DNA from: Takakia lepidozioides
Lineage: Eukaryota; Plantae; Bryophyta
Length of the DNA: 64,000 nt
NCBI GenBank assembly: GCA_030704615.1
Contig: CM060732.1
Span: forward strand, 25,978,001 to 26,042,000
Direction of reading: 5' to 3'
Each line of letters starts with the position of its first letter. Positions within the stretch are counted from its first letter, which is position 1. This document shows positions 52,300-64,000 of the stretch, piece after piece. The position numbers and the translations under genes were made by a program. The notes beneath the pieces were generated by a model. That model did no database searches, had not been told where the DNA came from, and saw only the letters and a list, made by a program, of their open reading frames with translations.

Positions 52300-55075
52300 A
52301 TGGTCCACTGCTGCTGTCCTATGCAAATCCCCAACCATTCTCTTTCTCTCAAAGCTTCGTATATTGAGAAACCTCTCGTAAAAGGGCGGAGGAGATCAAC
52401 CGCAAGCAAAAAGCGCTTACAAAATGTTTACAAGTATGCCAGTACCAGCTGCAAAGTGGCCAAGAGGGCCCACAAACTCTTGTATCCTACAGGACGGCAA
52501 AGATGAATCTATCTCTACTTCTGCATGCCAAGGAGCAGTAACTCATGAGAATAAAGGTTGGGGTCAACTGGTCTCTCAAAGGCAAAAAAATGAACAAGTA
52601 TTTCTTCGCCAAAGCTGCGCAAAGAAGATATGCAACCTTGGTCCCGGCACTGAAAGATACCGCCTCTGGGAGGTCCATGGCGACGTTGTCAGAGCTCCAA
52701 TTGTAGCAAATGTCATTCTGAACAATACCGTCGTGGACAAGAATCAATCTGTCCTTGAGAAAACCTGTTTGGTCTTTTATGATGATCTTTTCTGATGATG
52801 TTGGGTAGAAGCAGCTGCAGTCTCACCGCCAAGGCTTTTGTTATGATTTTGTATGTGGAGTTCAACAGCGTGATGGGGCGGTAATTTGCTATGTTCTCAC
52901 TCTTATTGTTTTTGAAAATCAGTGTGACGAGTCCTTCAGACATCTGAGATGGCATGAGCATTTTTTCCAGAATGTCATTAGCCATAAGAAGGAAGTCCCC
53001 CCCCAATAGTCATCCACAATCCTTTGAAGACCTCAATGGGCAGGCCATCAAGCCCTGGAGATTTGGAGGATGCCATGGAATCCACTGCTTGTCCCAACTC
53101 TTCCACTGTGAAAGGGGTTGCTAGGGCTGTTTTGTCCGCCACTGAAAGAGAGCATGGAATGTGCTCAAAGAGAAGAGCTCTGGCCTGCACCTTTGGTGCT
53201 GATTGTTCCTGCCTTTGAAACCAATTCTGAAAGTAACTTGCTGCAATGGAGGCCATATTCTTGGGATTACATTTTACTGGCTCATGAGGCGCTCCATAGA
53301 GCTGAGATAAACAACCAACCTCTAGCATTTCTGATGCTGGATTTTGAAAGGCCTTCGACTTGATTGATTGGGACTTCCTGCTAGCAACGTTGGAAAAAAA
53401 CAGGGTTGGGGGGGCCATTGACCGCCTGGGTTCATATTTGCTACACTATGCCTCAAGTAGAGTCATGGTGAACGAAGTGATATCAAAATACTTTCCCATC
53501 TCCAGGTCTGTGAGGCAGGGCTGCCCACTGGCCACTTTCCTATTCCTGATTGTAGCGGACTCTTTAGGCCATCTCTTGGAATTCAGGCAAGACATTGCTG
53601 GGTTGCGACTGCCTAGTTATTATACTCTGCAACCCGAAATGCTTAAGCTATCAATGTATGCAGACGATACTTCGCTGCTTCTGGATAATTTTTCAAGAAG
53701 CAACATTGACAGAGCTCTCCAAGCACTGCACACCTTCTGCCTTGCCTCAGGTCTCAAGGTCATGAATTGGGGAAAGTCGATTGGTATCCTTTCTATGATC
53801 CAACATGGGACTGCTGTTGGTCACTGCCCTCTGTGGGGGGGAGGACATCGGCTTGTGATGGCTACAAGAAGCTAGAACTCATAAACTCGTGGGGCACCAT
53901 ATGGGGCTTAATCTTTCCCAGCAAAACAAAGTGAATGAAGTCCTTTCTTAGTACAAGAAAAGACTTGTCTTCTGGAGTTCTGCAATATTGTCAATTGCAG
54001 GAAGGGCATTAGTGGCGAATCAAGTATTATTGTCATCCTTATGGTTCTTTGCAGCAGTATGGGATCCAGAATTTGTAATCATTAAAGAGATCAAAGCCCT
54101 TACCGGCAACTTCCTGTGGGCCAGAGCCATTCCCTCCACTCCAGTCAGGCAAGCAATGGTCTCATGGGATCAACTTTGTCAGACTCAAAAGCAAAGGAGG
54201 CCTTGCTATAATAGACCCAGCTTCTCAAATTAAAGCACTGCTAGCCAAGTGGATCACAAGAGCAATCACCTACAGGAATTCTCCATGGAGCAAACTGGTT
54301 CAACCATACCTCATGGGCTCAACTCCCACTAACTCGCCCATATGGGTTCACTCCTTGAGATAGGTGGTTCAAGGCAAAAATGCAAACGTCGAATTGGGGT
54401 CCAAACCATGGCAGACCATATGGAAGGCATGGTAGGCTCTAAGAGGCTCTCTAACGCACAGAATGCCAAATACACTGCTGAAATGCTCTCGTCAGTCTCT
54501 GTTTGCAATCTATAATATGGACTCTGGAGCTCTTATTAAGCAAACTTGCCCAAGATGGGCATTTTGGGAGAGGGAAGGCTTTACCCACATTGCAAACATT
54601 AGATCTCAAAACCAATTTCTCTCAGAGGCAACGGGGTTGCACCAATGGTGGGAAGAAGGCATGCAAGAGCTTGGAACACAATACTCTCCAACATCCCACA
54701 GTACATGATTCCACTTTTGGAGGAATGAGGTGGATCTTTTTCAGTTCCAGCTTCCAGGATGGCCTCCTCTCAAGGAAATTGCAGGACTGTCGTGCTAGTA
54801 TTTGCAGTCAGTGCCTCCCTGACATTTGGTCTAGGATTCCAACCAGATAGTGAGGGCACTCTGCGACTCCAGGGCACCATTAAAATAGACAAAGACCAAT
54901 TATTCCACATCAGAGTGCTTGACAGCCTGGGAAATGTCAAACCTTTTCCACCCCAAGCTGGGCAAGACATCCAGTGGACAATACATCAATATCTCTCTTG
55001 GTTTCTATCTTGTCCACTGGCTGACCTACAATTTGACCCTGGGGAATAGAGATGGATGGAAGAAAAAAAAAATCA
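52300..55075 (+). mobile_element. L1/Tx1-type LINE ORF2 remnant with an internal inversion
   Basis: NWSLKGKKMNKYFF; on the minus strand SKSPGLDG..NYRPITLLNSTYKI..DQTGF; then DYILLAHE..LDFE..RSVRQGCPLA..YADDT..GRALVANQVLLS..VSWDQLC. Confidence 0.9.
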
Positions 55076-55099
55076 TTTTTTTGCATACACTATGAAACC

Positions 55100-57848
55100 G
55101 GTCCCAATATGGATGTGGCTTGATTTTATTGCAAGCGTGTGAGCTGACGGGTACGGCTCGCGAGGTACAGCTGGGGAGCCCCCGCTCCGGCAGCCTCATC
55201 GGCGAGCTGGACGCCCCATGTCAAATCATCCCCACCCCCCTCCGACCCTCCGCCCGTTGCCCCACCCCCGCCCTCCCGCTGCTCCCCGCGCCCGCCCGCC
55301 CGAGACCCCTAACCCCCCCCCCACCGCTGGCGCGCGGCGCCCCACAGCACCGCCCGATCTCCAGCCACGTGGCGGCCCCCCGCTGTGGATCCCCTCACTG
55401 GGTTGATCCCCCTTCCAGTGCTAGAGTGATCCCCCATCCCCATCTCCAGCCACGTGGCGCTACCCCGAACCGTCGATCCCCTCCCCATCCATCCAACCTC
55501 AATTGAATGGATGACGGCCTAATCGCCCGCCACGTGCTGCTCCCCCGAACCGTCGATCCCCTGCTCATCCATCCAACCTCAAAACAATGGATGTTCTGGG
55601 TCATCTGTCCCTCACCCCCCCGCCATCGATCCCCTCATCCCATCGGAGGCGTGATCCGCCGCAACTGGGTTGATCCCCCGTCGAGGGCGGGAGTGATCCC
55701 CCACTCCCAATCGTGCGCCACGTGGTTCTCCTTGAACCGTTGATCCCCTGCGCATCAACAACCACTGATGTTCACAGTGACACGCCGCCACGTCGCAATC
55801 CCCTCCGCCGTCGATCCCTCCAACGGTTAGAGGCCTGATCCGCCGAGCCCAGGCGCGGTCCCCCGGGCCTTTGACCATGGACGGCGCAATCCCCGTGCTG
55901 TCGCTCCCCCCGCCTCGATTGATCACCTCTTCCAATTTGGGGACTGATCCCCCTCCCCACATTTTCCACCACGTGCTGCTCCACGGTGCCCTCCATGACA
56001 TGTGGGCCACGTCGCGGTCCCCTCGTCATCAACCCCCCCCCCCCCCTCGCCGCGCCGTCCATCCCCCTCGACCGCGTGTCGGCACCCCAATGTCCATCCA
56101 TTCCCGATCCCCTGCTCCCCCCAGGGACTCATCCCCCTTGGCCCTCTTCAACTTGATGTGGTCGTCCCCCACCGTCCGATTTTGCACGATGGTCCACTGC
56201 GTGGCGCTCCCCCGGTCGTCCATCCCCCTCCCTAGTCTTGCCGCCGATCTCCTGCTTTGATCCCCCTTCGACCGATCCCCCAATCCCTTCCATTTCCAAC
56301 GGTGGGTATCGCACTACATGGACCTGCATGTGCTGTTCACTTCGTCGTGGAGGCAGGGTTCTCCATCTGGATTGAGCGAGGGTTTCTAGCTGTCGTGCTT
56401 GTTCGTGCTCCTGCTTCAATGGGCTTGGGATGACCTGCCAGGGCCTCAATCGTGTGCGCTCTATGGCGTTTGTGATTCTCTTGCGACTCATGTCTTGCAT
56501 ACATTGCGTACAAGGGGTTTCCTTCTCTTCTTCTTCTTCTTCTTCTTCTTCTTCTTCTTCTTGTTCTTCTTTTGTGGTTCTTTCTAGTTTGCCTCTTTCT
56601 TGTTTGTTGTTTGTTGTGTTGAAAGCTGACAGGATTGGCGTAGGCTGACCCAAATCCCATGTGCAGGGGGATGAGGATCTGTAACTATAGTACCTTTCGC
56701 ATATTAAACTTCAGCCTCAACTTCATGTTTGTTTTTTCATACTACTTACCTTGCTAGATTCAAATGTGAACATTTGTGTGTTGCAGAATCGAACATGGTT
56801 GGGTATCGACCAGCTGAATAGGATTAATGGAGGTTGGAGAGTCCAAGATGGTTTTATACCAGCCAGCTCATAATGCATGCACTTATAGGGATTTCTTTTT
56901 TTACTCGTCCTACACAACGGTCTCTTCTCATGTTCCCTGCCCCTGCAGTTTTGGTCCCCTTCCTCTCATGAGTTGTCTCCCTCCCTGAATCCGTCACTTG
57001 CAAACCCCCAAACATCCAATCCCTCCCGAGTTTTTGCTCCCCCACTGTCTGGTCCCCCCCGCCGCTCCCCCTGTCTTCGCTGCCCACGTGTCGCCTCCCT
57101 GACCACAGAATCGCCATGCATGTCATATCCAGTACTCTCCGCACATGTCAGCTCCCCTCTACTAACATCCCCCCACGTGTCTGGTCCCCCTACTTTGATC
57201 CCCATGTTCTGGGAGTGGCTAGGGGTTCGCTCCCCCTTCACATCTCCCATGCCTGCTCCCCCTTATGACCGCCCAGATCTCCCCACGTGTCGACATCAGT
57301 GATCCCCACTTTGGTGTTGTTGACACGTGTCCATCGACTGATCCCCTGCTCCCCCACGTGCCCGCTCCCCTAGGTACACTGCATGTGCGGAATGTCTTCC
57401 TCGCGAAACAACTCTTCGGTGGCGGCTCTTCGTTGTGGTTTTTCAGCTGCTCTACTCATATCCTCTTTGCTGTCTATGCTGTGTGTTTTCCTTTTGTTCG
57501 TTGCAATCCGTGTGCTCTTCCTTGTTTTCTCTGGCTTCTGTTCCTTGCTTTTTATTTTCTGTATTTCGGCGTCGTGTGTTCGTTGCCGATGGCGAAGACT
57601 AGGCCTAAGGTTGTTCCCCCTGAGGATGGTATGCTGGTTTTTTGGCACAAGCCTAAGAAAGGGGATGAGGTTCCTTTCTAGTATACGCCAACTGAGTGGG
57701 AGGAGATGATAATGGAGGCAGAGGCGGGCCTCAGAGTTTGTGATGGCGTGAAACAAATGAATCCCTATAAGTGCAAGTTTTGTGGGCGGCCCATGAAGGA
57801 TAAGGTTAGGTTGAATAGGCATGTCATTGATGGGGAGGGTTGTCCTTG
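55100..57848. other. GC-rich segment with many GATCCCC/CACGTG subrepeats and a short disrupted ORF with a C2H2-like motif; probably TE-derived
   Basis: ORF 57589-57850 contains YKCKFCGRPMKDKVRLNRHV; sharp compositional boundary at ~55100. Confidence 0.4.
56526..56570. repeat. (CTT)n microsatellite
   Basis: Directly visible. Confidence 0.95.
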
Positions 57849-58396
57849 CACTACTACAGAATCCGGCTTTTACGTCTGTTATTTTCCAGTCGTATCAGCC
57901 TTTTATGACTGCATGACTGCCCAATTAGATAAACCCAATCAGTTATGACAAATGAGTCGTAAGCGCCATAGAGTCGTATCTGCCAGTCGTGGAGCTCACT
58001 GTTGACGTGGCAACGGGGACGCCTAATCATAGTCATTGGTAAGACCGTAGTAAATGACTGCAAATCCATGTCAGCTTCACGTGGAACGGAAGGGATATGC
58101 CACGTGTCACGTCAAAGGGAAGGCGACAGGGTCTTTACGACTGGCATATATGACTTCCGCAGATTAACCCCAAGACAACACGTGGAGAAGACTGGACATG
58201 ACACGTGGAATCAAATTATGCAAGATGGGGGTGGTTGTTATGACTGGAGCATATGACTTCCATGGTGCACTCTAGATACTGCACGTGGCACGAGTATGGG
58301 CGAACACGAGGGATGAAAGTGGCACGTGGCGGAGGCTCTGTGGATGGGAGGTAGTCGTGTACATGACCGTAGTCATGGGCCTAACTCTAGCAGCAT
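57849..58396. mobile_element. Short non-autonomous CACTA-like element
   Basis: Starts CACTACTACAG; dense ATGACT/AGTCGT subterminal-type repeats; right terminus degenerate; similar motifs at 63370-63730. Confidence 0.45.
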
Positions 58397-58399
58397 TGA

Positions 58400-61300
58400 A
58401 ACATGAAAGCACATTTGAAATTGGAACATTGATTCAAATACAACGTGACTTAATGTTCAAAGATCCGTTCCATAATCTAATCCGGTGCTGCTACAAAAAT
58501 TTACAAAGCTGCAAAGTCTATGTAGACTTCCAAATGCAGATGCATACACTGACATCTCTCGAACTTCACAATCCACTACCTTCATTAGCAGTGCCTGATT
58601 TTATCAATTGTGCCGCTGCTGCTGTGGCTTCCAATTGACCATCTACCCATGCAAGTTTCTTCTAGCTATCCTTCCACAATGAATCATAGGTAATCTGGAG
58701 CTTGAAAATCCGGCCCCTCTTGGATAAATCTGCGCCCACACTCTATCCCTGCTCCTTCAGCTATCCATGCCCACGAGGGTATTGTTCAGAATCACATCTG
58801 GTACAATTCCAGCTTTGGTGATGCAACCATGTACCTCTTTGCATGTGCTTTCCAGGGCTGCTAGGCTTGCACACGCACTGCAAACGCACACAAACATGAT
58901 GTGGTCGAGCTTCACCCCTTCCCCCATCATTTGCTTTCAGGTCTCCAAAGCCCCATCCCGCGCTCCTGCTCTGCACGCCCTCACCACAAGGGCATATTTC
59001 AGAACGACATCAATTCAATTCCAGCTTGGACGATGTCACCACGAACCCCATCTTCACTCATTGCCTACTCTAGTTAAGTGCAATTATGGGCTAGGCTGAT
59101 ACCACATCTCATTCAGCCATATTATCAAACTGCATGCCATTTGTATCCTTGTAGTTGTACCCAAACTTGGCATACATGTCCACTACGGCAACATTCAGAA
59201 TCACATCAGATACAATACTAGGTTTGACGATATTACCGTGGACCTCTGCACCATTTTTCAGGGCTGCCAGGCTTGCATTTGACATACATAACCACCAAGG
59301 CAGTGTTTAGAGACATCTAGAGGTACAATTCCAGCTTTGACAATGTCACCATGGATCGTTGCATCCTTTCCAGAGCTACTAGGCTCGCATTTGACATACA
59401 TGTACACCAAGGGAATGTTCAGAATGACATCAGGTACAATTCCAACTTTGATGATGTCACCATGAACCTCTTGGCCCCTTCCCAGGGCTTCTAGGCTCGC
59501 ATATGCATATTACAAACACAAATGAACATGACCTGGTTTGGCTTCATCCTTTCCCACATCATTTGCTCTTAGGTTTCCAAAGCCTTAATCCCACGCCCAT
59601 GCTGCACATACCTTGCAATCATGGCAACTCCACAACACCACATCTCATTTAGCCATGTTGTCGAACTCTCCCTTTGCATCAGGCTTGCTGCACCCACATT
59701 TGGCATACATGTCCACCAGGGCAGTGTTCAGAATGACAACTAGTACAATTTCAGCTTTGACGATGGCAAATGGTCAAGAGTTATCCCAATATCCCGCTAC
59801 CAATGAGTTCAATGCATATCCTTGTCACATTGGCAGTATCATGTCAAAGTCACTCCCAACTACATTCACTCAATAGCTAACTTGCAGAATTCAACATGAA
59901 AATTGAGGGCCGATTCTGATAAGAGGGGAAAACAGGGTGAATGTGTTGAAGAAGGTGCCTTCATTAGCAGTGCGTGATTTTATCAATTGTGCCGCTGCTG
60001 CTGCGGCTTCCAGTTGACCATCTATCCATGCAGGTTTCTTGTATCTATCCTTCCACAGGGAATCATAGGTAATGTGGAGCTTGAAATCCGGCCCTCTTGG
60101 ATGAATCTGGACACACACTCTATCCCTGCTCCTTCAGCTCTCTATGACACTGCAAAAAACAAGCATACATCTTTGCCTTCCTGCTAGCAACTGACAATGA
60201 CAGCCTAGAATTGTTCCAGCAAACACCCCAACCCTACTTATCAACGAGCAACGAGCTAACTTACAACATTCAATATGCATCTCAGGGCCAAGTCTGGTGA
60301 GAAGGCAAAACAAGCTGAAATAGGTCGAAGAAGAAGGTGCCCAGGTTTCTTGTAGCTCTGATCCACTGGGAATCATAGGTAATCTTGTGCTTGATATCCT
60401 GCCCTATTGGATGAATCTGGACCCACACTCTATCCTTGCTCCTTCAGCTATCCCAGCCTATGCACACATCACGCATACATCCTCGCCTTGCTTCAAACGG
60501 CTGACAATGACGGCCTAGATTTGTTCTAGCAAACACCCCAACCCTACTCATAACACACTAGTTCCTATGCTGAATGGCGTCTGCTTCTCTCTGGATTGTA
60601 ACAGGCATTCACCTTTTTTCCTCGATCGTCCCACCATTAACTGGGGTCGGAAAAATATTCCTTCCACAACTTCTCCTCATCCCTATATGTTCTTGGATAC
60701 TTTCCTGTTGCCACATTGGCAGTCACATGCCAAAAAAATTTAGACCGCCATAGATCAACCCAACAAGCTAACTTGTAGAATTCAACATGGAAATCAGGGT
60801 CGACTCTAATAAGAGGGCAAAACAGGCTGAAATGTGCTGAAGAATGAGCCGTTACCACTTTGTCCTTGACCTCGTGTCATGGCAGCTAGCTTTTCTTTCA
60901 ACCATGGAGGATTCAACCGACCATCAACCCAAAAGGACCTCCTGCGTGTGCTGCTTGTGTCTGTAGTCAGGTGAACTTGGATGGGTTTGCGAGGAAAACC
61001 ACCACGGTCCAGTTGAGCAGCCATAGATTTAAACTCAGGCTCCTAAGACCAACCTGACCCTCCCAAGGACCTTGTCAACAACAGGAAAGATACCAAATCA
61101 TGATACTAACAGTAAGAACCGGCCACATTTGCAACATGGACAAATTTCTCTGCATTGTACATTAAGAAAGTCACACCTTGCAATTGCTTTTGTCCCACCA
61201 TTGATGAGGATCTTTAGAAAACTTGTGCCAGCTCTGCTCCATGCTCTACAGTAGATCTTTGTGCCCAAAATTTGACAACATCAATATTTTGACAAATTCC

Positions 61301-61750
61301 CTTCTGTAGGAGTCCTAGTGCTCTTTCAACAACATTCATTGCAAGTCACTTTGGGCTCCATTAGATTCTACACAATGAGGAACATTGGAACATGTCCAAA
61401 CATACACAATAAGCCTATGTCTGTAGTCTGGAGATCTTGGAGTGGTCTATGAAAACGACCAGGGAGCAGCTGAGGAGCTGCAGTCTCAACCCTTCCAAGT
61501 ACCTTGCAAACTCAAGGGAAAACACCTTGCGCATCCTACTTTCATGCCTTGCTCGACAAGGACAACCTCGATACGGACAGTAAAAGCAGTTTTCCTAGAG
61601 CACAGCGAGATTCTGACTTCACTGACTTCACTTAACAACAATATGATCCAGTCCACACCATACGACCATACTAGAGTTTCTTCAAGCTCCCTTTTTCATC
61701 CTACATGAAGAAAGCTCACCTTGTCAAGGCTACTATTCCACCATTGTAAA
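58400..61750 (-). pseudogene. PLS-class PPR gene debris with internal duplications
   Basis: LNTALVDMYAKCG (~59690-59730), CASLAALE..KEVHGCITKAGIVPDVILNNTLVGM; duplicated blocks 58579-58760 / 59958-60138; many stops. Confidence 0.8.
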
Positions 61751-62363
61751 GTATCTTTAAAGAACTGCTGTCAGCGCTGTTCCATGCTCCAGCGTTGACC
61801 TACACACCAGATATACCAATTATCGGCCTTGCCTAACGACCCGTGCGCTTTCTTGCATCTTTGCGCTGAGTACATCCGTTTCTACTGAATTGTGCAAAAG
61901 ACAATTCCGAGCCTGGATCCGATTGCGCATACAAACACAAAAAAAGAAACCGCGAAGTGTTTCGTGTAATTACCTAATTTGAATGGCATCCCTGAAGGCA
62001 CCAGTGGGTTCAAAAGAAGAGACCATAGGAATTTTCTTGCAGAGAGCCAACAAAAAGGCAGATTTAACAAGTTCAATGTCACACAAATCAGCAACCCAAC
62101 TCCTTTACTGAAACCAAGACGAGCAAACCTGCTTCCGACTTCAGTGGAGTGGGTGTGCAGGAGCGTATGCCTTGTGCAAATGTGTGAATTTTGCTTTGTT
62201 TGCCCCTGTTTCTCATACGCAAGGCCCTGTCCTCTCGCTTGGCTCATACGAGAGGCCTCGCATCATGCCGAGTGGAAATGATTTCGCATAGGACGGATTT
62301 CTTCATGCTCCGATTCTAGGGTTTGAGTCCCTGTCTGCCCCCTATCCCACCAGCTCTGCTCGT

Positions 62364-62515
62364 CGTCTCTCATGATCAGACTTGACCCTAAAACAAAACA
62401 AACATAGCTCCGCCCTGTTCAACGTCTCTCATGATCAGACTCGACACTAAAAGAAAGCAAACACAGCTCCGTCCTGATTGTTGTCTCTCACGATCAAACT
62501 CGACACAAAGAAAAT
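62364..62515 (+). repeat. ~59 bp tandem repeat, about 3 copies
   Basis: GTCTCTCATGATCAGACTYGACMCTAAAA recurring at about 62365, 62424 and 62483. Confidence 0.75.
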
Positions 62516-64000
62516 GGCAAGGGAGACAAAAAAACGCTAAGTCCCCTCTACTCATGACTGGATGGATGAGAAGACATTACCTTTATCATGGTAATTCCAC
62601 TGTGGAGCGATTGAGTTAAGAATCTAAGATCGTTATTTTTCAAATATGAGCGGCATGAGTCCAGGGAATTCTTAGGGAACCAGGGAACAGGGAACCAAGA
62701 CAAGTTATTGAAAATAGATTTTCCCTTGTATTTGTTTTTTTTTAAAAAAGGGTGTTATGTTTAAAGAGCCTGGTTGGTCATATCTTTGTCAAATGAGCTC
62801 CGTTTGACGCAATTTTTGGGGGGCTAGCTGCAGAAAGGGGAAATCTACTTACCTAGACCTGACCAAAAATCTATAGAATTTTTTTAATGTAAATTAGATC
62901 CTTGATAGATGGATGGATTTTGGGTTTTCCATCAATACATCCATCCATTCATTTGTTTTTCCATTTTTTGGCCATTTTAATTTCATCCATTCATCCAAAA
63001 TAAATCTTTAAATGAGTTTCACTGTCAGTTCATCCAATTGCTGTTAGCTCAGTGTTTGCATTATCATTCGTTCATACGTTCATCCAGTGCACAAAAGTTA
63101 TGTTTGATACGTTCATCCAATAGTTGCCAGCAAGGCATTTGTGTATCATTCGTTGAGATAATACAGTTGTTTTGTTTCACTAACCTTAACCAGCAGTCGA
63201 TTAGTTTTACTGTTAATCTGCTGGGTCAGTGAAACAGTAGTTAAATATTTTTACTACTTATTATCCTCATACTTAACGCGACCTAACAACCCTAAATTCG
63301 AGCACATTCATCCTAATTCATCCTAATTCATCCTAATCATTCATTCATCCATTCATTCATTCACAGGGTATGGCTTAGTGCCCGCGAGCAATGATATGTT
63401 GACACGTCGTCATTTGCAATCACATCCTGCATATGTTTCATCCATTTATGTTTGCATCGTCCACGTAGACACTCCTTGGGCAACCGGCAATCGCCACGTG
63501 CAGTTGTGAATACTGGCAGTCATACATTCCCATGCCCACGTCATCCTGTTGCAGTTTTGGCCATGACTCCTAGTCGTATCTACCATCTTCCCCTATCTGG
63601 TCAAACACGTTTGACCGCAGATCCTGAGGTGGCGAAGGTACAAGGTGGCATATACGACTTCTGCTGGTCACAAATGGCAACCAGGACTGCCCCCTTGCAT
63701 TTTGTAGACATATATGCTACGACTGGGCAAATGTGGCAGACGTTAAAGCCGGAATCTGTTGTAGTGTTGGTTGAACATGGTGGATGGTTGGGACGAGGTT
63801 TAGTTGCCACTAAAACCCTGGCCCGCTGCCGAGTTCCCGAAGCAGGTTACTCATTTTGTGGAGATGTTGAGAGGGTGTACAAACCCCAAAGCGCAGCGCG
63901 TACCACGAGACGACGTGTCCCCTACTGATCGGTAGCAGCAGCCCAAAGGAGCGAGAAAATGGAAGCATGATGTGCCTGCACCGTCACAAGTGGCTGCCCC

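Noticed and set aside
52739-53265. L1 twin-priming 5' inversion
   Set aside because: Upstream LINE sequence (52300-52738) remains in sense orientation, so this is an internal inversion
55120-57302. Numerous Pro/Gly/Arg-rich ORFs
   Set aside because: Expected in GC-rich repetitive DNA; overlapping in all frames with no domain signature

Overview
Eukaryotic nuclear DNA, most likely from a non-seed land plant. This is inferred from GT-AG introns, PLS-type PPR remnants, CCCTAAA motifs and a Replitron-type HUH transposase remnant. Three host genes are recognisable: multi-exon SEC8 (minus strand, running off the left edge), a DCD-domain gene (minus) and an intronless Tubby-like F-box gene (plus). 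Most of the rest is decayed mobile DNA: Replitron, L1-type LINE and Ty3/gypsy fragments, a TA-flanked MITE, a tandem array of a ~0.7 kb non-autonomous Helitron-like element and PPR pseudogene debris. The most unusual part is a ~22.5 kb block (29248-51810) that splits one Helitron-like copy. It carries a spliced Sola-like DDD transposase facing away from a cargo arm encoding a ParB-like domain, a degenerate amino-methyltransferase-like domain and three FCP1/SCP-like HAD domains. A dispersed 24-bp palindrome (AACCTCCACT-N4-AGTGGAGGTT) marks the block. Nested in the Sola-like ORF is a ~4.5 kb segment with a GCM-like zinc domain plus MULE-like transposase. It is preceded by arrays of a 20-28 bp palindrome (core GAATTTCGGCGCCGAAATTC) separated by mostly unique ~36-44 bp spacers at a ~64 bp period, which is CRISPR-like in geometry but has no cas genes. 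All domain calls are by-eye motif recognition and need HMM or structure confirmation.
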